Shown here: piece by piece, positions 55,919-64,000 of the stretch
How positions within the stretch are numbered: the stretch's first letter is position 1
Layout: each line of letters opens with the position of its first letter
NCBI GenBank assembly: GCA_038227875.1
Contig: JBBRPR010000041.1
Span: 1-64,000, forward strand
DNA length: 64,000 nucleotides
Source: Planctomycetota bacterium
GTDB taxonomy: Bacteria > Planctomycetota > SZUA-567 > H5-PLA8
Direction: 5' to 3'
Notes under the pieces: generated by a model
Told to the model about the DNA's origin: nothing
The model's input: the letters and a program-made list of their open reading frames with translations, nothing else
Database searches by the model: none
Program-made: the position numbers and the translations under genes

Positions 55919-57433
55919 ATGAGTGATCCGAATTTTCATTGGGAGCCCTTGGCGCCTGGAGCGGTGGGCGAACTGTTTCAGGGATTGAACATCCGCTGGT
56001 GGATTGCGGGCGGGTGGGCGATTGATCTGTTTCTGGGCCGACAGACGCGCGTTCATGGCGATATCGATGTGCTAATATTACGCCGCGATCAGCTTGCACT
56101 CCAAGAACATCTGCGGGGATGGGAACTGTGGGCGGCCCATCCGCCGGGAACGCTGGTGCCATGGACCCACGGCGAAATACTTCCTAAAGAAGCGCACGAC
56201 ATCTGGTGCCGGAAGTCGTCCGATGCGCCCTGGTGTCTGCAAATTATGATCGCTGATACTGATGCAAATCAGGACGTTGAGCACTGGCTGTTTCGACGCG
56301 ACCCGCGGATTTCACGGCCGCTTGATATGCTGGGTGGGCGCACCCCGGACGGTCTTTCATTTCTGTGCCCTGAAGTGCAGTTGCTCTTTAAGGCGAAGAA
56401 CCCGCGGGACAAGGATGAATCCGATTTCGCGGCCGCGCTGCCCCACATGAGCCTCGACGCGTGCCAGTGGCTGGCGTGGGGGCTGGCCATGACGCGGCCG
56501 CCTGGATGTGGGTGGGAAGAGTTGGTTCGTGAGAGCATCGAGAAAAAGGGCGCAAAGAAGAGAGCCGAAATTTGCAACACAATGGCGCGCGCCGCCTTCC
56601 ATGGGGAAAATTCCCTTCTCCAACGCTTGATCCATGAAGTAGGCGTTGAGCTGAATGAGCGAATACCGTTATGCACGCCAGAACTGGAAGCGGACTTCAT
56701 ACTTCAAGAAGCAAATCTGGGCTATGTGACGGCGACGTTCTTGATCCTGGCCATCTATGGAAAACAAATCGATACCGTCAGGCTGTTGTTGGAAGCGGGA
56801 TGTGATCCCGACGCCACCCGTGCGGAAGATGAGAAGGCAGCGTTGCACGTCGCTGCCGCGGTGGGATCCGATGACATGGTCAAGTTGCTGCTGGACGCGG
56901 GCGCGGCCGTGGACATGCCCGAGGGCAACGGGGCGTTGCCTCTGGCCTCCGCGTGTTTCTACGGACATCTCAAAAGTATAAATCTTTTGATCGCGGCAAA
57001 ATCTCCGTTGCAGCGAAAGTCCAAAGCGGATTCTTCCCCACCACTGAATGCTGCCGTCTCGGGAAATCAGCTCGCTGTTGCCAAATTTCTATTGGAATCC
57101 GGCGCCGATCCCAACGTTCGTTCGGATCAGGGTGTCACGCCGCTGATGCTTGCGGCGCAGAAGCGGCAGTTGGAAATGGTAGAGTTACTGCTGGCGTACA
57201 AAGCCAATCCGAATCTGGTCAGCAGACGAGAACGAGATACCGCGCTTATTGTGTCGAGTTATGGCATGCCTCCCGTGCTTGAAATTGTGGAGGCATTGTT
57301 GAATTCGGGAGCGGACCCGGACATCCAAGATTCAAGAAACAAAACCGCCGTCGACTGGGCAAGGGAGTGGCACAACGAGCAGGTCGTTGAGCTGATTGAA
57401 AGGTACCGGAGGCGGAGAGGCACGCGAGACTGA
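55919..57433 (+). CDS. Nucleotidyltransferase (ANT(2'')/Lnu-like) fused to ankyrin repeats
   Basis: WWIAGGWAIDLFLG.QTR.HGDIDV, L.PEVQLLFKAK..R.KD..DF; ankyrin motifs ALHVAAA, TPLMLAA, GADPN. Confidence 0.85.
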   Translation: MSDPNFHWEPLAPGAVGELFQGLNIRWWIAGGWAIDLFLGRQTRVHGDIDVLILRRDQLALQEHLRGWELWAAHPPGTLVPWTHGEILPKEAHDIWCRKSSDAPWCLQIMIADTDANQDVEHWLFRRDPRISRPLDMLGGRTPDGLSFLCPEVQLLFKAKNPRDKDESDFAAALPHMSLDACQWLAWGLAMTRPPGCGWEELVRESIEKKGAKKRAEICNTMARAAFHGENSLLQRLIHEVGVELNERIPLCTPELEADFILQEANLGYVTATFLILAIYGKQIDTVRLLLEAGCDPDATRAEDEKAALHVAAAVGSDDMVKLLLDAGAAVDMPEGNGALPLASACFYGHLKSINLLIAAKSPLQRKSKADSSPPLNAAVSGNQLAVAKFLLESGADPNVRSDQGVTPLMLAAQKRQLEMVELLLAYKANPNLVSRRERDTALIVSSYGMPPVLEIVEALLNSGADPDIQDSRNKTAVDWAREWHNEQVVELIERYRRRRGTRD

Positions 57434-57540
57434 GACGGGGTAATTTCCGTACACGAGCAGTGAGTTTTCGCAGAGCAGAAGTTCGCAACGGATTGAACGA
57501 CTCTGACTTCGATGGGAGCCAGGACCGGTTCGCGCGCAAA

Positions 57541-57606
57541 CCCCTCACCCCGCGAGAGCCCAAACGGCCGGGCTCTCGTCGGCCCTCTCCCCAGAGGGGC
57601 GAGGGG
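57541..57606 (+). repeat. REP-like element CCCTCACCC...CCCTCTCCCCAGAGGGGCGAGGGG with an inserted hairpin
   Basis: Inner CGAGAGCCC/GGGCTCTCG at 57553-57578. Confidence 0.7.
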
Positions 57607-57658
57607 GCGTGCGATCCTGACGCGTCGAACGGGCGATCCTTGTTCGCGAGGGCGGCAA

Positions 57659-57701
57659 TGGTAAGGCTGAATCTTCGCTACGCTCTGATTCATCCGTACC
57701 A
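57659..57701 (-). repeat. REP-like hairpin with the AGCGTAGCGAA loop of the 9267 family
   Basis: Reverse complement TGGTACGGATGAATC AGAGCGTAGCGAA GATTCAGCCTTACCA. Confidence 0.65.
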
Positions 57702-57746
57702 GGGGCACCAACCATGCTCCAAATTACAAACGCGATGTCTCTCTCG

Positions 57747-57778
57747 CACCCGTCTCAACGGCGAGACGGGTGGCACCC
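57747..57778. repeat. REP-like hairpin
   Basis: CACCCGTCTC-aacggc-GAGACGGGTG-GCACCC. Confidence 0.55.
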
Positions 57779-57937
57779 TCGCTTGTGATTTGGCGCTAGA
57801 TCATGGGGGACTGCAATGGCGATCGGGCATTTCGAGCGGGGCGCCGATGGATAAATGGAGCGTGGCGGACGATCGCCTTTCATATGTGACGTGTTGGGAT
57901 TGTATTGGTTAGTACGTTTACCAAGGAGGCTCAACAC

Positions 57938-58726
57938 ATGGCCAACGCATTGGCGCCATCCGGCGATATTCGACCTTCCATTCTATCTTGGCGCGCGTTT
58001 GATTCGCTGCTGCGCGGCAAACTGCTCTTTGCGGAGCGCGTGCGCCTGATGACTGTCTGGCTCGCGTGGCAGGTACTGTGCGCCGCCGCGTTCGGCATCT
58101 CCCTCGGCGTTTACGGACTGACGAGCCGCGAGTCGCCGGATGCCCGGTACATGTTTGCCGACCTGGTGAAGATGCCATTGCTATTGCTGCTTACGTCGCT
58201 GGTAACGTGTCCGTCGCTGTATGTCTTTGGCGCGCTCCGAGGACTGCGCTTCAGCGCGCGTGAATTCGCGGCGATGCTCATGGTTGCGCATACGATTCTG
58301 GCGGCGGTGCTGGGCTCGTTGGCGCCGGTGGTGGCTTTCTTCGCGCTAACCACGTCGTCGTATTCGTTCATGGTCTTGTTGACAGTGTTGGCGTGCATCC
58401 TGGCGGGAGTGCTGGGAATCCGCGCGTTTTTGCGCGCGGTCAACGAGCCGGTCGTCACTGCTCAGGCCCCGGCCGTTGAGCCTGGAGCAGAAGTCGAAGC
58501 GCCCGCGGCGCAGTCCACGGGATTTCTAGCGCGGCCGCCCAGCGTCAGTCTGAACGTCTGGAAGCTGCTGGGCTGGTGGTTGGCGCTCTACGCGTTCGTC
58601 GGTGCGCAAATGGGATGGATGCTTCGCCCCTTTATTGGGTCTCCGGATCTGCCGTTCATTTTGTTTCGTGGCAAAGGCGGGAGCTTGGTTGAAACCATCC
58701 TGCATCACCTCCACGAGATGCTTTAA
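57938..58726 (+). CDS. 5-TM membrane protein of unknown function (Yip1-like topology)
   Basis: RBS AGGAGG; K.PLL.LLT...CPSLYVF, LAPV..FF, YAFVG.QMGW.LRPF.GSP. Confidence 0.8.
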   Translation: MANALAPSGDIRPSILSWRAFDSLLRGKLLFAERVRLMTVWLAWQVLCAAAFGISLGVYGLTSRESPDARYMFADLVKMPLLLLLTSLVTCPSLYVFGALRGLRFSAREFAAMLMVAHTILAAVLGSLAPVVAFFALTTSSYSFMVLLTVLACILAGVLGIRAFLRAVNEPVVTAQAPAVEPGAEVEAPAAQSTGFLARPPSVSLNVWKLLGWWLALYAFVGAQMGWMLRPFIGSPDLPFILFRGKGGSLVETILHHLHEML

Positions 58727-58740
58727 GAGATTTTGCTTCA

Positions 58741-59457
58741 ATGGCCGCCACCAGCATTGGACCTGTATCAAATCATCGACCCACCAACGTGTGGACGCGG
58801 TGGTCTCGCGCCATTCGAGAATTTCTGCATTCCGGCGGCGCGCGCGGGAATGCCTGGCAGGCTCTCCCGTCCTATGCACCGGCACTTTTGATTGCCCTCT
58901 GCGGCCTCACGTACGGCGCAATCATGGGCGGCTACAACGGCATCACGGGCGACCGCGCGATCATGGTCGTCTACGGCGCGTTGAAAGTCCCCATGCTTTT
59001 CCTCGTGACCATGCTGATTGCAGTCCCCTGCTTTTATGTGCTGAATCTGCTGCTTGGAGTCGGGGACGATTTTCGCCAGGTCTGGAAAGCGCTGGTCGAC
59101 TACCAGCTCTCGGTCGCCATGCAATTGGTGGCGCTGGCACCGGCGACGCTGTTCGTCAACGCCAGTAATGACGATTACCGGATCGCTCTGGTCTGGAGCA
59201 CACTGTTGTTTGCGGTTACCGGTTGGAACGCCCAGCGCTCACTGAACGCTGGGTACAGCGCGCTGGTAGTGACGAATCCCACGCACGCCTATTTGCGCCG
59301 GTTCTGGTTTGTGCTCTATGCCTTCGTGGGAATCCAGATGGGTTGGGATTTGCGTCCCTTTGTGGGCAGCCCATACATGCCTGTGCAATTTTTCCGAGAC
59401 CATATCGGCAACGCCTATACTGAAACGCTGCGCGCATTTTTGACGATGCTGCATTAG
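58741..59457 (+). CDS. 5-TM membrane protein, paralog of the upstream gene
   Basis: K.PML.L.T...PCFYV, LAP, YAFVGIQMGWDLRPFVGSP. Confidence 0.8.
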   Translation: MAATSIGPVSNHRPTNVWTRWSRAIREFLHSGGARGNAWQALPSYAPALLIALCGLTYGAIMGGYNGITGDRAIMVVYGALKVPMLFLVTMLIAVPCFYVLNLLLGVGDDFRQVWKALVDYQLSVAMQLVALAPATLFVNASNDDYRIALVWSTLLFAVTGWNAQRSLNAGYSALVVTNPTHAYLRRFWFVLYAFVGIQMGWDLRPFVGSPYMPVQFFRDHIGNAYTETLRAFLTMLH

Positions 59458-59482
59458 CGCGGCAGAACCGATTCGCGCGTCT

Positions 59483-59546
59483 CCCCCTCATCCGATCTCT
59501 TCTTCGACAGGCTCGGGATTTACTCGAGTCTCTCCCAAGCGGTGAG
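59483..59546. repeat. Degenerate composite REP: CCCCTCATCC...TCTCTCCC with an embedded CTTCGACAGGCTC unit
   Basis: Similar to the 57541 and 48911 elements. Confidence 0.45.
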
Positions 59547-59550
59547 CGAT

Positions 59551-61908
59551 TTACTCGCGCTTGCCGGCGAGGTGTTGGATTTCCGGTTCGGTCAGCACGC
59601 GTTCGTAGAGGCGGAAGTCGTCGAGCAGGCCTTTGAAGAAGAACCACTTTCCGTTGGTCGACGGCCAGTACTGCGTCTGGCCGGTGCCGAGTTGGTTGCG
59701 CGCCATGCCCCAGCCGTCGATGTTGCCGGTATAGCTGTTGACTCGCGCGCCGTCGAGGAAGACGTTCTCGCGGTCCTGTTTGCCTTCCTTCTGAACCGTG
59801 ATCACGACGTGGTGCCACTTGCCGTCGTTGACCGGCGTGTCCCAGGCGGGCATCACCGTGGCTTTGACGATGTGAAAGCAGGCATAGAGCTTGCCGTCGT
59901 GGCCGACGTAGATGGTGTTGACGTGGCGCTTGGTGTTGGGGTCGCCGACGGGGACGTCCTGCTGGCCGAGGATGACGCCTTCGGACGTGGTGTTGAACCA
60001 GATGGCCACGCTCAGGATGGGGTGCGGGCGGAAAAGTTCATCGGGCAGCGTGACGATTTGATTGGTGCCGTTGAGGCTGATGGCGCTGTTCATTTTTCCC
60101 GGGACGAGCTGCGGGCCGTTGACGGCGGTGCCGGCACGGTTCTGTCCGGAGGAGTCGGGGAGCGTCGCGGCCTGCAGGTCGTCGAATTTCAGGCGCAGCA
60201 GCAGGCCCTTGGTGTCGGGTTCCCATTGGAGCGATTCCAGGTCGTTGATTTCCGCAGCGTGAAGCGTGACGAAGGCGGTTTCACCAAAGGCGGCGCGGAA
60301 GCTGGTCATGGCGGATTTGACCTGCGGCGCGCGCCGGGAATCGAAATCGACCCCGAGCTTGGCGACGTCTTTGAACGCGGCTTCGGCGGCGTGTTCGTGG
60401 AAATCGGCTTCCGCGTCGGTCAGGAGTTGCTTCAAGCAGACGAGGTCTTCTGCGGTCGCGCTGCTGTTCTGTTTGGTGACCGCCGCGGCGTCCAATTTGT
60501 GGTCGGGTGCGGACAGTGCGTCGGCGAAGGCCTGGACGACGCGGCCGTGCGGGCTGTCGCCAAGGCCCAGAGAAGCCAATTGCGAGCGGGTGCTGTCGGG
60601 CAGCGACGAGAGCGGAACGGTGAGGGTCAGGCCTTTGCTGTTGACGAAGATTTCGTTGTCCTTGAGATCGGTGAATTTGAATTCGGCCGACTTGCCCACG
60701 TGGATCGGCGCGCCGTGGGCGACGGGGAGCGTGAAGTCGGCGACGTCCTTGAGATTGGCGGCGCCCTTGGGCACGGCGCCATCGATTTCGTTGAGCCAGT
60801 CGAGGACCGGTTTGACGCTGGCCAGTTCGGTTTTTTTCGAGGCTAGCGCGTCGTTGACTTCCGCCTGGGCCAGCAGGGACTTGGCCTTCTCGGCGTCGTG
60901 CGCGCGCAAGGCGGTCTGAAAATCGGCTTGGAAGGCGGTGTAGGCTTTCAAGGTATTGAGCGCGGCGATGCGCGCGACTTCGGCCGGGTCCGGCGGCGGC
61001 GGAACGGGAGCGGCGGTCTTGGTTGTGGTGGCCGGCGGTTTGGGCGGAGAAGGTTTCACGTAAATAGTCTTGGGCGGAGGCGGAGTCGTATTCGCCTGTG
61101 CGGCCGGAGCGGGCGCCGGGGTGGCGGGCGTCGCGGGGGTGGCAACGGTCGACGGCGTCGATGGAGCGGGCGCAGTCGTGGCCGATTTCTTCAGGTCCGC
61201 GACCATCTTGCGCGCGCGGGCGGCGGCGATGCTGTTGCTGTTGGCGGCGATGAACTGTTCCAGCGCGGCGCCCTGGTCGTCCTTGTTCATGGCGTTGAGT
61301 TTGTTGCGCAGTACTTCGAAGGCATCGTTGGCCTGTTGATCGGGATCGGATTTGGCGCTCTGCGGATTGAAGGCGCTGTGCGCGGTGGATTCCGAAATAG
61401 CCGGCGTCGCCACGGGCGTGGGCGCCGGAGTGGACGGAGCGGCGGCGGTGTGTTCCGGGGTGCTTGCCGGCGAGCTGCTGAGCAGGATGATGGCTGAGAT
61501 CACCAACGCGGCGATGCCACCGGCGATCATGGGCAGCAGCGGCATCGACTGAGGTCGCGGCGGAGCTGTTTCGGGTTTGCGGTCGGAGGACGGTTTTTGC
61601 GGGATCAGCAGCATGCGCGAACTGCGGTTGGAACCCGCGCCTGTGGCGACGGGGAGCACCGGCATGGACGGCGTGGTGGCGTGCGCAGGGTCGAGCTGAT
61701 TGCGCTTGCTGTCTTTGACGACGGCCTTCATGCCGGTGCCGGAGGACTTGGCGGTCGGGCCTTGAATGGCTTCGATCTGTGTGGTGACAATGCCGATGGA
61801 ACAGGATTTACAGTAGACACCCTTGGCCTGCTTGTCGGCGGCTTGACCGGAATCGAAGTCGGCTTCGGTGAGCCGTTTTCCGCATTTTTCGCAGAACCAG
61901 AATTTCAT
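59551..61908 (-). CDS. Zn-finger/TM/helical-stalk protein with C-terminal LamG-like domain
   Basis: FCEKC-x23-CKSC; TM; GLLLRLKFD, DSSGQNR.G, VNDGKWHHV, FKGLLDDFRLYERVL. Confidence 0.85.
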   Translation of the reverse strand: MKFWFCEKCGKRLTEADFDSGQAADKQAKGVYCKSCSIGIVTTQIEAIQGPTAKSSGTGMKAVVKDSKRNQLDPAHATTPSMPVLPVATGAGSNRSSRMLLIPQKPSSDRKPETAPPRPQSMPLLPMIAGGIAALVISAIILLSSSPASTPEHTAAAPSTPAPTPVATPAISESTAHSAFNPQSAKSDPDQQANDAFEVLRNKLNAMNKDDQGAALEQFIAANSNSIAAARARKMVADLKKSATTAPAPSTPSTVATPATPATPAPAPAAQANTTPPPPKTIYVKPSPPKPPATTTKTAAPVPPPPDPAEVARIAALNTLKAYTAFQADFQTALRAHDAEKAKSLLAQAEVNDALASKKTELASVKPVLDWLNEIDGAVPKGAANLKDVADFTLPVAHGAPIHVGKSAEFKFTDLKDNEIFVNSKGLTLTVPLSSLPDSTRSQLASLGLGDSPHGRVVQAFADALSAPDHKLDAAAVTKQNSSATAEDLVCLKQLLTDAEADFHEHAAEAAFKDVAKLGVDFDSRRAPQVKSAMTSFRAAFGETAFVTLHAAEINDLESLQWEPDTKGLLLRLKFDDLQAATLPDSSGQNRAGTAVNGPQLVPGKMNSAISLNGTNQIVTLPDELFRPHPILSVAIWFNTTSEGVILGQQDVPVGDPNTKRHVNTIYVGHDGKLYACFHIVKATVMPAWDTPVNDGKWHHVVITVQKEGKQDRENVFLDGARVNSYTGNIDGWGMARNQLGTGQTQYWPSTNGKWFFFKGLLDDFRLYERVLTEPEIQHLAGKRE

Positions 61909-62014
61909 AATAGCCCACAGTGATCAAGTGTTTGCACAAAGTGTCAATTGTGGCCAAGGAAACATATTTAGACAAGACAAAACTGGGCAAAGTAGGGAGT
62001 TGCTCATGAGCATT

Positions 62015-64000
62015 TCACTTTTCTTTTCCGGCGAGGAGACGAATTTCGGATTCGGAGAGCGGATGGTCGTACACCCGGAATTCCGAGAGCTCCCCTTTGT
62101 AAAACATATTCACGCGCGCCGCGGCCGGCCAATGCGCGCCGTACCCCGCACCAAGCTGGCTGATGCTCATCGTCAGATAATCCAGCTTGGCGTTGACCCG
62201 GTAGACTTCCGCGCCGTCCAGAAAGACCGTCTGCAGATCGTCTTTGACGTTCAACGCCGCATGATGCCATTTATCGTCGTTGACGGGAGCCGGGGATTCC
62301 GGGGTGTCGGTGTTGCCCTGCCACAACCTTCCGCGCAGTTTGCCGTCTCCGCCGATGTAGAGAATCGGCGAGTACTGTGAGGGCTGAATGGTTAACGGGG
62401 TGTCTTGATTTTCGAGCAGGGCTCCGTCGGCGCTGGTTTTGAACCAGAGGCTGACGCAGAGCGCGGTCCGCTGGTAGAAAAGTTTTTCGGGCAACTGCAC
62501 AAACTGGTCGACGCCGTTGAACGCCAGGGCGCGCGTGAAGCTGTTGCGGCCAGGCAGGCGCGACGGACCGTTGACCAGCGTCGCGGCGTTCTTTTGCCCG
62601 GAATCGTCGCCTGCGGTGGCGCCGCTGGCCTCGGTGAAATTCAGGAAGATGAGCAGGCCTTGGTAGGGCAGGGCAAGACGTGCGTCGAGGATTGTGAGCT
62701 CCGCCGCGTTTTTCTGCGCAACCAGGGTCGCACCGTGGGCTGCTTTGAACGACTGCAGCGCATTGCGTTGTTCTTCGAAATTCTTCAGTTCACCGAATTT
62801 CACAATGGAGGCCCACGCCGTCGCGGCGGCGCGTTCGTGGTGGACGAATTCGGCGTCGCTGAGCGCCTGCTGGAAACAAGCGAGATCTTCGGGGGAGGCG
62901 GATTCGCCCTTTGAAGTTTTCTGTTCCTTCTGCAGCGTGGCGTGAGCGGCGGTGGCGGCGGCTTCGAATTTTTTATCGCCGGCGATGAGGAGTTCTCCGA
63001 AGGCGCGGACGAGGCGCGCGTGGGAACTCTCACCCAGCCCGAGACTGGAGAGCTTCACGCGGCTCTCGTCGGGCAGGCCGGCCAGCGGCACGGGCAAGGT
63101 CAGACCCTGATTGGTGAAGTAGAGCACGCTCTCCTTGATTTCGGCCAGCTTGAACGGCGCGTTGCGGCCGATGCGCAGCGGATCGCCGTGCGCCATCGCC
63201 AGCGTCACAGCCTCGACGTCCTTCAGGCGCGCGGCGCCTTGGAGGAGCGCACCGTCGAGTTCCTTCAGCCACGCGGCGGTGGGATGAAGCGCCGCGAGTT
63301 GAGGTTGGTGCTCGGCGAGCTTCGGTTCTTTCTCCGCCTGTGCTAGGAGCGTGGTGACGGTGTCGATCTGACGGTTGGCGAGCGCCGACTGAAAATCAAA
63401 CCGGAACGCGGTCCACGCGGCCAGCGCGTCGTCGGTTTTGGGGGCTGGCGGAGCGGGGCTTGATTCCGGCGGCGCAGCGTCGGGAATTTTTGCGGGTTCG
63501 GCGGCCGCGACTGCCGGTGCTGGCGGCACGGTAGGCGCGGGGCTTGCGATGGGCGGCGGTGATTTGAGATCAGAGAGCATGCGGCGTGCGCGCGCGGAGA
63601 CGATATTTTCCGGATACTGTTTCAGAAAATCTTCGAGTGCCGCGGTCTGGGCCGCTTTGTCGAGAGACGCGACGGTGCGATTGAGCGTATCGAAGGCGGC
63701 GTTGGCGTCCTTCTCCGGGTCGGGGCGGTTGACGTTGAGCGGATCTGGACTGGGCGCACTCGATTCAACGGGTGTGTGGGGCCTCGACGAGGCAACAGAT
63801 CGAGGGGGCGCGGGTGCAACAGGTTCGGAGCGCACTTTTTCCACTTCGGCTTTGGGGGGCTTGGCGCCGCTGAACATGATTACACCGATGCCGAGAATGA
63901 CGAACAGCGCGGACGCGCCAACGGCGAAGAGCGCATTATTGTTCGTCGCTTTCGGCGGTGGTGAAAGCCGTCCACTGACCTGCAAGGGAAGTGGTGTCGC
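62015..64000 (-). CDS. Paralog of the 59551 gene (TM, stalk, LamG); 5' end lies beyond the window
   Basis: Frame open to 64000; colinear similarity to 59551-61908; VNDDKWHH, YKGELSEFRVYD..LS. Confidence 0.85.
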   Translation of the reverse strand, partial: ATPLPLQVSGRLSPPPKATNNNALFAVGASALFVILGIGVIMFSGAKPPKAEVEKVRSEPVAPAPPRSVASSRPHTPVESSAPSPDPLNVNRPDPEKDANAAFDTLNRTVASLDKAAQTAALEDFLKQYPENIVSARARRMLSDLKSPPPIASPAPTVPPAPAVAAAEPAKIPDAAPPESSPAPPAPKTDDALAAWTAFRFDFQSALANRQIDTVTTLLAQAEKEPKLAEHQPQLAALHPTAAWLKELDGALLQGAARLKDVEAVTLAMAHGDPLRIGRNAPFKLAEIKESVLYFTNQGLTLPVPLAGLPDESRVKLSSLGLGESSHARLVRAFGELLIAGDKKFEAAATAAHATLQKEQKTSKGESASPEDLACFQQALSDAEFVHHERAAATAWASIVKFGELKNFEEQRNALQSFKAAHGATLVAQKNAAELTILDARLALPYQGLLIFLNFTEASGATAGDDSGQKNAATLVNGPSRLPGRNSFTRALAFNGVDQFVQLPEKLFYQRTALCVSLWFKTSADGALLENQDTPLTIQPSQYSPILYIGGDGKLRGRLWQGNTDTPESPAPVNDDKWHHAALNVKDDLQTVFLDGAEVYRVNAKLDYLTMSISQLGAGYGAHWPAAARVNMFYKGELSEFRVYDHPLSESEIRLLAGKEK

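Overview
High-GC bacterial chromosomal segment. The gene content suggests Planctomycetota (membrane Ser/Thr kinases, ECF sigma/anti-sigma with a prenyltransferase-like barrel, HEAT-VWA and LamG/PA14 proteins, lpxB); this is an inference, and no database search was run. It holds about 50 CDSs and no recognisable rRNA, tRNA, CRISPR array, transposase or integrase. Housekeeping and metabolic genes include a uxaE-SDR-HAD-LarA-like hexuronate operon, ate/bpt, sixA, ubiE, ubiD, lexA, selB, an ahbC-like radical SAM, arsM, lpxB, rmlB/rmlD, hmgA and an FAH. Three things stand out. (1) A paralogous family of at least 4-5 single-pass proteins with an N-terminal CxxC-x22-24-CxxC zinc finger, a shared helical stalk and swappable glycan-binding tips (PA14, LamG, CBM9-like); the same stalk occurs in a Ser/Thr kinase tipped with an ILEI lectin domain. 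(2) Three intergenic arrays of ~28-bp palindromes with a constant GACC...GGTC frame but different self-complementary cores. (3) Many intergenic repeats: inverted heptamer-array hairpins, covarying REP-like units, a REP inserted in frame in a CDS, and a decamer array. A candidate LexA operator is also shared by lexA and a PA0069-family radical SAM gene. Start codons were chosen by eye from RBS and context and may differ from the ORF track.
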